This document shows positions 35,175 through 44,192 of a stretch of 64,000 nucleotides of DNA, one piece after another. Numbering within the stretch: position 1 is the first letter of the stretch; every line of letters begins with the position of its first letter. The notes under the pieces were generated by a model. That model was given only the letters and a program-made list of their open reading frames with translations. It was not told where the DNA came from and ran no database searches. The translations under genes were made by a program, and so were the position numbers. The stretch comes from an uncultured Acidobacteriaceae bacterium. GTDB taxonomy: Bacteria; Acidobacteriota; Terriglobia; Terriglobales; Acidobacteriaceae. The stretch is from positions 46,482 to 110,481 of the forward strand of contig CAWCMW010000006.1 in assembly GCA_963796785.1 (NCBI GenBank). The letters are read 5' to 3'.

Positions 35175-35361
35175 CCTGCCGCCGGCCTCCCTCGCCGGTG
35201 CGCCCAACCGGGCCTTCCCTGTTTGCAGGCCGGATGGGCACGAAGGCTGCGCGCCGAAGGTGCGTTGCCTGGTACTTGTTGCGGCGGCGCGCACCACGAG
35301 GGTCCAACATCAAGCCTGCCTCCCCCGTAGGCCACAGGACTCAATCGTGGAGGAGGCTTGT
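35175..35361 (+). promoter_or_regulatory. Structured 5' leader, candidate riboswitch-like element
   Basis: Multibranch fold closed by CCCTCG(35189-94)/CGAGGG(35297-302); hairpin CAAGCCT-g-CCTCC(35311-23)/GGAGG-AGGCTTG(35349-60) covers the SD of the downstream gene. Confidence 0.45.
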
Positions 35362-35907
35362 GTGATCGAAGTACAAGAGCAATTCCTGTCGCCTTCAACG
35401 GGGGTCAGGCGGCCCATTCATCTGGTAGGCGAGCAGCCCACGCTGCTGCGCAACAACCGCGTTTTGATCTTCCTCACCTTCTTGGGCAGCATTGCCGCGC
35501 TTGGCGTGTCGCTGTGTATGGTTGTCGTCGCGCTCATGTCCTTTCTCCCGTTCAGCGCGCTCAACCCTGATCGCTTTGCGGCCGGGGCGCTCTGGGCGCT
35601 CGGAGCGTGGCTCATGGCGATGTCGCAGGTCTATCTGTGGAGACAGGGAAACCTGATGGCCCAATGCTCGGTCCTGCTCGACAAGCGCGGAGCGTACTTC
35701 CGCCTCGCCAACACGAAGGGCGAGGTATTCATGCCTTGGAACCAGATTGAGGCTGTCCGCTACAAGCGGATCGAGAATGCACAGAAGTTCACGATCCTCG
35801 GTTCGGATACGAGCATTGTGACCTTCACGTCTTACAGCTTTTACCGGCCAAGGAGAGTGGCGCGACTGATCGCGGAACATGCCGGACTGCCGCTGGTGAG
35901 AGGATAA
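35362..35907 (+). CDS. Hypothetical membrane protein (2 TM plus possible PH-like domain)
   Basis: GTG start after GGAGG; two TM helices, then LDKRGAYFRL..FMPWNQIEAV. Confidence 0.7.
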   Translation: MIEVQEQFLSPSTGVRRPIHLVGEQPTLLRNNRVLIFLTFLGSIAALGVSLCMVVVALMSFLPFSALNPDRFAAGALWALGAWLMAMSQVYLWRQGNLMAQCSVLLDKRGAYFRLANTKGEVFMPWNQIEAVRYKRIENAQKFTILGSDTSIVTFTSYSFYRPRRVARLIAEHAGLPLVRG

Positions 35908-35979
35908 CGCGCAAGTTGCGCTCACATCATCTTGCAGCGCACAAGCGATCGCGTGCATCTGAAGCCAGCGCGAACTCCG

Positions 35980-36555
35980 TCATCGTTCGACGCGCGGATC
36001 AGCGAGTAGCGCGTTCACCTGGCTCTCGATCACCCGCACATCCGTTTCGCCCTGAAAGCGGGCGCGCACCACGCCGTTTCTATCGATGAGGAAAGTAAGC
36101 GGCAACCCGAGCACGCCGCCATAGCGCGCGGCGAGCCTTTCATCGCCCATGGCCACGGGGTAGTTCAACTTGAGCCGCTCCAAAACGCGGCGCGCGGGGG
36201 CAGCGCTGTCATCCATGGAGATGCCAATCACCTGGAATCCCTGCTGGGCGTGCTGCCGTTGCCATGTGGCAAAGACCGGCATTTCCACCAGGCACGGCGC
36301 ACACCACGTGGCCCAGAAGTTGAGCAGCACAACCTTGCCGCGAAAGGCAGCGAGGCGCAGCGGATGGCCGTCAAGGCCGTTGAGCGTGAAGCCAGGCGCT
36401 TTCTGGTTGATTAGATGGTCCGCCGCCAGGCCGGCGGGCGCCGACACCGCAAGAAACCCAGCGAAGAAACCGGCGATCAAAACGCGGCGCCAGGTGCGGC
36501 TCAGGTTGCAGCGCGCAGCACGCGGCCACGACGCCGGATTAACGGCCGCCTGCAA
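35980..36555 (-). CDS. TlpA family thiol-disulfide oxidoreductase
   Basis: GKVVLLNFWATWCAPC, GLPLTFLIDRNG. Confidence 0.9.
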   Translation of the reverse strand: MQAAVNPASWPRAARCNLSRTWRRVLIAGFFAGFLAVSAPAGLAADHLINQKAPGFTLNGLDGHPLRLAAFRGKVVLLNFWATWCAPCLVEMPVFATWQRQHAQQGFQVIGISMDDSAAPARRVLERLKLNYPVAMGDERLAARYGGVLGLPLTFLIDRNGVVRARFQGETDVRVIESQVNALLADPRVER

Positions 36556-37037
36556 CGGGAAACCCCTTGCTCACCCAATCGTCGCCGAAGTTCTGGGCCA
36601 GATAGAGGACCTTCACGCGCGTGAATCTCATCTCGTGCAGCAGGCTATACGCCGGGCCAACATTGGGGCAGCGATTCCACGGACAGCACCCGCAATAAAG
36701 GACGATGAAGGTCGTGCGCGGCAGTGAGGAGACGCGGCCGCGCAACAGCGCGATGCCTTCAGCCTGCGAGCCGGCTCCGGCATATTCCGCGCCGGGAATG
36801 TGGGCCTGGTCAAACATCATGCGCGAGCCCACCTGCAAAATGAGCGGCTTCTCCGCGCCGCTGCGCGCGAAGCAGCAGATTGAGTTCATCGGGCTGGATG
36901 AGCTGTGCCGCTGGAATGGTGGATGCGCTCGCAGGCTGCGGCTCTGCCCATTGTGCCGCCGCTCGAGCCGGCTGCAGCGCCAGACAAAACATCGCCGCGG
37001 CGGCAACGACCGCCGTTCTTATGAAACTCGATGACAT
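36539..37037 (-). CDS. Exported rhodanese-like domain protein; frameshift near 36880
   Basis: Signal peptide, AHIPGA, IVLYCGCCPW..CPN, DWVSKGFP. Confidence 0.8.
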
Positions 37038-37172
37038 AAAGGATTCTCTGTACCCAGTGTAGTCCCGAATGACACATTTCGACGGCGCCGCCGGGCGCGG
37101 GCAACTGTGAGTCCCCGAAAAAACTAGCCGCAAAATGCAAGCCACGCAGTGCGACCCGGAAAAAATGCCCCC

Positions 37173-37207
37173 AAATTGAAAACGCCAGAGACCGAAGCCT
37201 CTGGCGT
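37173..37207 (-). terminator. Intrinsic terminator
   Basis: Minus strand ACGCCAGAGGC-TTCG-GTCTCTGGCGT followed by TTTCAATTT. Confidence 0.75.
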
Positions 37208-38046
37208 CTCAATCTTGATGATCAGGTAGTACAACCGGCTGTCGCGTCCCTCGGCTACCCCAGCGGCGAACCTGCAGCTTTCGCTGCCGCTCCTTCCTCT
37301 GGCTGCGCTGGTGCGCTGCTTTCAGCTTGCGCCTACTCACCCGCTCTCCGGCTCGACCGAAGGCCGACTTCCCCGGCTCGGATCGGTGTTTTCTCGCCTG
37401 GCTCGACTGGTGGCAAGCACCCGGCTTTCACCGCATGCTACGCACTTCCTGCCGACTGGCTGCCAACCTCCCAACTTGCGTTGGTGTCCAACCTCCAGCT
37501 AGGCCTGCGATTACTCCCGACTCACATCTGGCGTCGTCCTTCAGCTCGGCTGGCTCGAACAACCTCCGGCTTTCGCCGTCTGCTGTTGCAGCTTCCAGCT
37601 TGCGCCTTCCGCTGCTGCAACCTGCAAGCTTGCGCCCGCCTGTCGCCCCCGTTTGCCAAACCGGTGGTGATCCTCCGACTCGCATCGGCTGTTTCACCCT
37701 CCGGCTTTACCGGTTTCGATCCGCCGGGCTTGCGCCTGGCGTCTCATACCTCCGGCTGGGCCTTTGATACGCCCCTAACTTCAACCGAACCTTGCATCGC
37801 CAGCTGAGCCGTCGATGAGTATTCCGTTTCCGCCGGTTCGCGTATCTTCCGGATCTGTCAGCTAAAACAACTTTCGGCTTGCGCCGACTTTTGCATCCTC
37901 TGACGCGGCCAGCGATCCCTCTTCGGCTTTCGCCTCAGGTTTCACCCTCTGGCTGGGTTAGCGGCGATTTTCCGATTCTCATCGGCTTTTCGTTCCACCA
38001 ACCGTTCCGGCAACCAACTCCCGATGCCCTACTAGGCTCATCAGTT
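37173..38046 (-). ncRNA. Candidate large structured ncRNA made of ~49-nt GNRA-capped hairpin modules
   Basis: No credible ORF; 13 GNRA tetraloop hairpins, all on the minus strand, mostly 46-51 nt apart; covarying basal stems; 5'/3' end pairing; flanking promoter and terminator. Confidence 0.75.
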
Positions 38047-38052
38047 GAAGTG

Positions 38053-38082
38053 ACAGTACGTCCGTTGAATCTGTGGATGCAA
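38053..38082 (-). promoter_or_regulatory. Putative sigma70 promoter of the ncRNA
   Basis: Minus strand TTGCAT (38082-77) - 18 nt - TACTGT (38058-53); predicted start near 38046. Confidence 0.55.
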
Positions 38083-39052
38083 GTGCAAAAGACAAGTAAA
38101 TTTGTGGATTTCACCAAGGTTGGTGCAGAGTGAAGACTTTCTGAATTTGCGCCGGTGTTATGGCTCACATTTGCACAGCAGCGACCGCGAAAACCGAGAG
38201 ATGGCCGGTGGATTTTTCTCCGGACGCGCGAGGAAATTGGCCGCGCAATCCGCATTTTTCGAGGGGTCCCCCCCACTGGGGGCCCCCCGCCCCTTTTGGC
38301 CAAATACGTCATGCGACAGGAGCTTGCGAGCTGGGTTCTCCTCTAAGTCTTTTGTTCTAAGGAATCATTTCTGCAAAGTCGTCCGTCGATTACAGTTGTC
38401 TGCGTTCTCGCAGACGGTGGATGGAGAGCGGCGAACCGCTGCGCTCCTCGAAACTCGAATTGCTCTCAGTATGCGCCGGAAGCCGGAAATAATCGGCAAA
38501 CTTGGCGGAAATATTTGGCGAGTGGATTCAGGGGGTTGCGAGGAAAATGTGCGAGGAGGGGCTTGACGTGGACCGTTTGATCGTTGTGATTGCTTTACCG
38601 GTGAAGCTTCGCTTGGGCCAAAGAGAGCGACTATATCGCAGGAGCGCGACGAAGAAGGATTTTTCCAGGGAACGGATGGGCCGCTTTCCAATGCACGAAA
38701 CAGGCCTCCTGAGCGCGCTCTTCTCCTCTGCTATAACTTAGATCACCGTCATCATGGAAGATTCATCTGTCAGGGAGATTGGGGCGTGCGTTCACGTTGC
38801 ATTCGGGTGAGCCCCAGCAATTCGGGTACTAAGAGGGCGCGACGCTCACGCAGTCCGGACTGACATTGGCATGGGTGCAAGCTGGCTAGGATTTGACAGC
38901 GATTTCCGTACGGCGGAAGAACGCAGCAGGAGGGACAATATGGAAGTAAAGAAGAATAAAGCGCGCTCGTCGCCGCGCCCCTCAAGAAGAATCTCCCGCC
39001 TGGTCCTGTTTACAAAGAGACCGGCGAGCCCTCGTGGCGAGCTTCGCTGGCT

Positions 39053-40843
39053 ATGAATGAATCGTCTGGTTTCATGAGAAAACCGACCTTGCGAGCGACG
39101 GCTCAGAACTATCTGCCTGCAGTCGGTTGCGCGCTGACGCCAATTCTCTGCTTCTTGGCGATTCGCCCGTTTGCTGAGATCGGGATTGTCGATGATTGGT
39201 CTTACATCAAGACAGTGCAGGTTCTCGCCCAGACCGGTCACATCGTCTATAACGGCTGGGCGACCGCAATTCTCGGTTGGCAACTCTACTTTGGAGCATT
39301 GTTTGTCAAGGTCTTCGGATTCTCCTTCACAGCGGTTCGCTACAGCACAGTCGCCGAAACCATGGCGACAGCATTTTTGCTGCAACGCACTTTCGTTCGG
39401 GCGGGCTTGAACTCCTGGAATGCAACGCTCGCTACCTTCGCCTTGATTCTTTCGCCGGTCTGCTTTCCCCTGGAATTCACCTTCATGACCGACATTTCTG
39501 GACTCCTGATCATTGTGGTCTGCCTTTACATGTGTCTGCGGGCTTTGGCTGCGGAAAGCGAACGCTCGGCCATAATCTGGATTGTCTCCGCCGGATTGTT
39601 GAATGCACTGGCGGGGACTGCTCGGCAGATCGCCTGGCTTGGAGTGCTGGTCATGGTTCCCTCCACGCTCTGGTTGTTGAGGCGAAACCGGCGAGTACTC
39701 GTTGCGGGCTGCGTGTCCTGCGTTGCTGGAGCGTGCATTGTCGTATCCGCGATGCACTGGTTTGCCGGGCAACCGTATTCCATTCCGGAACCTTCGGTTC
39801 GCGACGCGATTAACCTGACCTCGTTGGGAAAAGCCGCAATCGTTGGCCTGCACATTACCGGTCAATCTGCGGTTCTGGCACTGCCGATGCTGCTGGTATT
39901 CGCCGGGGCTCTCCGCTCTTGGAATCGTCGCATGGCCGCGGTCTATTTGACCGGGCTTTGCTGCTTCGCCTTCCCTGTGATTGCTGCGATCCTCGCCGGA
40001 AAGTTGAGCCCGAGGTTCGTTCTTTTTTATAACGACCACTGGATTATAAGCAGATTCCAAAACTTGAAAGCCATTTCGGCCTGGGGAATTCACCTCGGCG
40101 CTGGTTACAACATTCTTCGGCTGTTGATTCTTCTGGCGACGCTGCTGGGCGGTCTCAGTCTTATTGCTTGCTTGTTCGCGGGGGCGCATTACCGTCCCAC
40201 ACATCAACGAGCTGCAACCGCTATCACATGGCAGAGACTGGGAGTTATACTGGGCCCCTTTACAATCACTTACCTCGGTTTCCTGGGGCCCAGAGCATTG
40301 CGCGGCTGGTTCGACGATCGATACCTGGTGCCGCTGCTCGCAATTCTCCTTCTTGTGCTGGCCCGCTTTTACCAGGAACATGTGAGAGAAAATCTGCCAG
40401 CGGCGTGCGTCCTGTTGATCGCCATCTTTGGCGCATTCAGTCTTGCGGCGACGCACGATATGTTCGCTCACTATCGCGGGTATATATCAGCAATTGGCCA
40501 GCTTCGCTCAATTGGAACGCCGGATACTGCCATTCTTGGGCCGTGGGAATTCGAGGGGTGGACTGAAGTTGAGAAAGCGGGATACATTGACGACATCAGA
40601 CTTCGGGTTCCTAAAGGAGCCTGGACCCCTCCGCCGGTGCGTTCACTGCCGGCTAGCTGTCAGGGGTTAAACGTCCTCTTTCTGCGAGGAACCCCGGCAA
40701 TCAAGCCTGTTTACGCGATCGTTGACGATCCAACAGGGTGCGGCGGACAACCGGCTCTTCCCCCGGTCACATCTGGAACCTGGATTGCTCCACAGAGCGA
40801 TTCGATTTATACGGTTCGGCTGTCTGTCGCCTCTGGTGACTGA
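39053..40843 (+). CDS. GT-C-like membrane glycosyltransferase (ArnT/PMT-like)
   Basis: First loop DDWSY, FTFMTD, RQ, DRYLVP; about 13 TM helices plus soluble C-terminus. Confidence 0.7.
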   Translation: MNESSGFMRKPTLRATAQNYLPAVGCALTPILCFLAIRPFAEIGIVDDWSYIKTVQVLAQTGHIVYNGWATAILGWQLYFGALFVKVFGFSFTAVRYSTVAETMATAFLLQRTFVRAGLNSWNATLATFALILSPVCFPLEFTFMTDISGLLIIVVCLYMCLRALAAESERSAIIWIVSAGLLNALAGTARQIAWLGVLVMVPSTLWLLRRNRRVLVAGCVSCVAGACIVVSAMHWFAGQPYSIPEPSVRDAINLTSLGKAAIVGLHITGQSAVLALPMLLVFAGALRSWNRRMAAVYLTGLCCFAFPVIAAILAGKLSPRFVLFYNDHWIISRFQNLKAISAWGIHLGAGYNILRLLILLATLLGGLSLIACLFAGAHYRPTHQRAATAITWQRLGVILGPFTITYLGFLGPRALRGWFDDRYLVPLLAILLLVLARFYQEHVRENLPAACVLLIAIFGAFSLAATHDMFAHYRGYISAIGQLRSIGTPDTAILGPWEFEGWTEVEKAGYIDDIRLRVPKGAWTPPPVRSLPASCQGLNVLFLRGTPAIKPVYAIVDDPTGCGGQPALPPVTSGTWIAPQSDSIYTVRLSVASGD

Positions 40844-41058
40844 AAAGCCCATCGAAACGGCGAGGCTCTGAATCCGCTTGGCGGCATCAGGACGTGCCCG
40901 GCCACCACGGATTGATGGCGAACTCGCATGGCCTCAAGTTCTGTGTCGAAGACGCTATAACCTCCTGAGCGCGCCAGGAGCGGGAGACGATGGTAGCAAC
41001 TGAAGGTGATGAAGTGGAAAGCGCCGGAGTGATGGAACCGAACGAGTCCGCGAGGCAT
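40807..41058 (-). pseudogene. Truncated REP-associated tyrosine transposase (RAYT, Y1 family)
   Basis: MPRGLVRFHHSGAFHFITFSCYHRLPLL..VVAGHVLMP; similarity ends just before the HUH motif. Confidence 0.75.
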
Positions 41059-41129
41059 TGTGGCTGGATTCTACTTCGGGATTGGTTTGTAACCGTGTGA
41101 CGGGCGGCCGTCGTGATCCGAAATGACGT

Positions 41130-41174
41130 TGCCCTATCCTTTCCGCAGTCTCACCGCGGAAAGGGTGGGAGACC
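41130..41174. repeat. REP-like palindrome next to the RAYT remnant
   Basis: TGCCCTATCCTTTCCGC-agtctcacc-GCGGAAAGGGTGGGA hairpin. Confidence 0.6.
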
Positions 41175-41209
41175 TCATATGTTTTCGGCGCGGACAATTT
41201 GGTCGGGAT

Positions 41210-41488
41210 CTATTTGCCGAAGACTTTCTTCGCAGCGGCTCCGGCGGCGGCGTCCTCAATCACCGGATAGATCTCCAGCTCCAGAACGTCCGCCCATTGG
41301 GCGGCGTGCTCGGCAAGAGCCGCCGGGGCACTCGCTTCAATCAGGTGCCATCCGAGAATTGATCCCGGAACGTGCCAGCGTCCGAGCGTCTTGGCGCCTT
41401 CGGGCGCAGGTCCGCCCGACTTCAGAAATTGATCGAGCGCAGTTTTGTACTTACCGGGGACAGTCTTCCATACGACCATGAATTTCAT
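41210..41488 (-). CDS. DUF3303-like small protein
   Basis: MKFMVVWK..GRWHVPGS..GW..AQWADVLELEIYPVIED; GGAGGAG SD. Confidence 0.8.
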   Translation of the reverse strand: MKFMVVWKTVPGKYKTALDQFLKSGGPAPEGAKTLGRWHVPGSILGWHLIEASAPAALAEHAAQWADVLELEIYPVIEDAAAGAAAKKVFGK

Positions 41489-41632
41489 GATTTCTCCTCC
41501 TCGGGGAAAGTTGGTTTGTTGTGATTGGTTTGCACGACCCGTAAGGCTCAACTTGGTCCAAGAACAGCGGGCTTAAGGCTATACCGCTTGAGCGCGAAAT
41601 GGGAAAGAAAATTCTCGGGTTGCACGCGGTGA

Positions 41633-42235
41633 TCATCGCGGATTCGGCTTCTTCTTATATCTCCAAAGTGGGTAGGGCAGCCCCGCCAGCCGATTGATGA
41701 CGAGGGCCTGCGCCACCAGCAAAAAAACCGCCACTTCAATAATGACCAGCGCTTTGGGCTTCGAGATAATGCCGAGCGAAACAATAAGCGTCGTGGCCCC
41801 CGCAGGCGGATGATCGGCGCGCAACAGAACCATCAGTGCGCCTGTCGCCGAGAGCGAAAGCGCGGCGGCCAGAATGCGCGGCCAGTAGACGCCGGGATGC
41901 ACGCCGAAGGGCATGTTTCCGGCGCCGGTAAGGTAGTACGCGGCATAGCCGCAGACGAGGCCGATGGCGTGGCCCAGGATAGCGTTGCGCGGGCTGGAGT
42001 TCTCAGCCAGCGGCGCGATAAATAGCAGGTAGGCCGTGGGGCCGAGCGACGGAAAGACGAACGGGCTGCCGGTGACCACCGCCAGCAGCGCCAGCAGAGC
42101 AATGGTGAGAAAGCCGTTGATGGCGACATAGATCGCCCAGACCAAGCGGGGCGGAAAATGGTCAAGCAGCCACGCCAGCCGCAAATGCCCGAGCAGAACT
42201 CCAACGTGCTCAGGCCCTCTATCGCTGGTGCTCAC
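41633..42235 (-). CDS. HPP family membrane protein
   Basis: PSLGPTAYLLF..SSPRNAILGH, DHPPAGATTL. Confidence 0.9.
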   Translation of the reverse strand: MSTSDRGPEHVGVLLGHLRLAWLLDHFPPRLVWAIYVAINGFLTIALLALLAVVTGSPFVFPSLGPTAYLLFIAPLAENSSPRNAILGHAIGLVCGYAAYYLTGAGNMPFGVHPGVYWPRILAAALSLSATGALMVLLRADHPPAGATTLIVSLGIISKPKALVIIEVAVFLLVAQALVINRLAGLPYPLWRYKKKPNPR

Positions 42236-42268
42236 GCCATCAACTCGCAAAATGCGTCCTTCAATTCG

Positions 42269-43938
42269 TCAGATGTTGGGCAGAAGGTCGAAGTACTCAT
42301 CGTCTTCGTTCTTTCCGCCTTCTCCAGCGCCGAGTTTCTTTTCGGATTCGACAAACTCGATGCGCTCGATCCACTTGACCATCTTGTATCCGAGCTGGTT
42401 TTCGACCCGCAGCCGTAACGGAGCGCCGTAGACTTCGGGGAGCGGCTGGCCGTTCATCTCGGAAGCGAGCAGGCATTGCGGCTTAAGCACGTTCTCAAGG
42501 CTCTGCGTGTCGTAGTAGGGTCCTCCGTAGAGTGCTTCGCCAAAGGAGAAAAAGGCCACGGTGTGCACCTCAGGCAGGGGGCGAACGAGTTCGATCAGTT
42601 TCGTCATGGGGATGCCGCCCCACTTGGCAATGCCGCTCCAGCCCTGGATGCAATGATGCATGGCGATGTGCTCCAACTCGCCCAGATCGCGCAGGTCGGC
42701 CAGCGAAAGCTCGACAGGATTCTCGACCAGGCCGCCAATCTTCAGCTTGAAGTTGCGGAAGTGGTCCTCGGCCAGGTGCTTCCAGTCGTCGCGCACGGGC
42801 AGCTTGCCATTCGGCCACATGTAGGGCGAAATGTCTTTCTCGGAATATGTCTGCTGCGGCATCAGCCTGTTCAGCGTGAGCAGTTGCATGGGATAAGTGA
42901 CGAATTTGAGCGCGTGTTGCAGCGCGCGCGGCTGAAGCCAGGAGAGATAGTGCGCGGCGATCCAGCAAAGCACCACGACGCCAATGCCCACGAAGCCCAG
43001 CCAGACGCCGAGCCGTCCCTGATCGTTGGTGCCGAGCACAATGTGGTTCATATTGCGCGCAAAGCCGGTCATGACCACGAGGGTGATGTGAACGACAAGA
43101 AACGCGAGAAAGCTCAGCATGGTGAGGAAGTGGATGGAGCGCGCCGATTGCCGGCCGCCGAAGATCTTCGCGTACCAGGTGAAGTGATTCACCACCGCAG
43201 GCGACATGGCGATGCCGGTAAGAATGGCCAGCGGACCGAACACGAAGACGACGGTGAAGTAGGCGATCTGCTGCAGTGCGTTGTAGCCGTAAAAGCCGTT
43301 TGGCTCGGCGGGCAGATGAAAGGTGGCGTAGTGGACCCAGGTATTCCACGCCTGCAAGACGACCGTGGGTGAAGCGGGCACCAGGCGCTTCCACTGGTCG
43401 GTGGTGAAGAGCATCGTGATGAAGTACAGGCCGCAGAGGATGAAGCCATGCACGTTGATGAAGTGCCACACGCGCGCGATGCCGATGGTGTGCCGGTAGC
43501 CGGGAGTGCCGATGAGTGGAGTGAGGTAGCGGGCGTCGTCTTTCGCCGTCCAAAGGCGGTCGCGCGGAACTTTCAGGGGCGTGAGGCGGATCCACTCGCT
43601 GTTCGGCGTGCAGTCGTCATTGAAATAGAGCCGGGGATGATCGGCGAGGATGGAGAAGCCGCTGCGAATGAGCATGGTGACGAAGAGGAAGTTGAAGAAG
43701 TGGGAGTAGCGAACCCAGAGCGGGAAGCCGTGCGGCCCGGCGAAGTCGCTGGGATAGACGAGCGGGACGGGTCGGAATATGCGGCAGGCCGGCTACGGCC
43801 ATCTCAATCCACGCCGCGGCCACCAGCGATCGCAATCACGGCAGCGATTCCGATCAGAATCGAAGGACGAATCCAGAGGCGGTGGCGGCGATCCGCGGGA
43901 AAGTGGACCGCTCCATGCTCAGCATCAAATGCAATCAT
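42269..43938 (-). CDS. Cytochrome b/b6 - sulfite-oxidase-family molybdopterin oxidoreductase fusion; frameshifted near the 5' end
   Basis: RYSHFFN, RVWHF, YNALQQ, ARSIHF; HHCIQGWSG, YGAPLRLR..GYKMVKWI. Confidence 0.85.
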
Positions 43939-44192
43939 GACCCCCAAGCCCCGCGTGCGGCTGGGAAGATTCCGCGCGGCGGGCCGACAGCTTCGTTATA
44001 CGCCACAGTGGAGAAATGCGTCCCAGATTTACGGCTTTGCAACGCGTGTGGTACTGCGTACTTGGTTATTTCGCGAAAAACGAGCCGGGGTCCCCGGGCT
44101 GGCGTCGTGGATATTTTCTTGCGCTCCTGAGTTTTTAGGGCTAGGAGCGCGCTCCGCCCTCGAACAGAGATGCGCCAGGTAGTGCAGCTCGC

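Noticed and set aside
35175-35360. 6S RNA
   Set aside because: The length fits and the ends can pair, but the fold appears multibranched rather than a rod with a central bubble. It is left unassigned pending cmscan.
37248-38002. CRISPR or TIGR-like array explaining the ~49-nt period
   Set aside because: There are no identical direct repeats alternating with unique spacers, conservation is structural, and no Cas or Tas-like gene is adjacent.
38025-38044. Hammerhead ribozyme (CUGAUGAG on the minus strand)
   Set aside because: No GAAA follows the would-be stem II; the segment instead pairs with the RNA 3' end.
37173-38046. RNase P RNA, tmRNA, rRNA fragment or group II intron
   Set aside because: I found no GAGGAAAGUCC core, tRNA-like ends, rRNA signature or domain V by eye, and it interrupts no gene. 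A formal Rfam search is still needed.
37311-38741. Short ORFs across the ncRNA and its upstream region
   Set aside because: No recognisable motifs or good SD sequences, and they have Arg/Pro/Ser-rich shadow-ORF composition.
38846-40471. 541-aa minus-strand ORF
   Set aside because: It is the antisense shadow of the glycosyltransferase gene and has no motifs.
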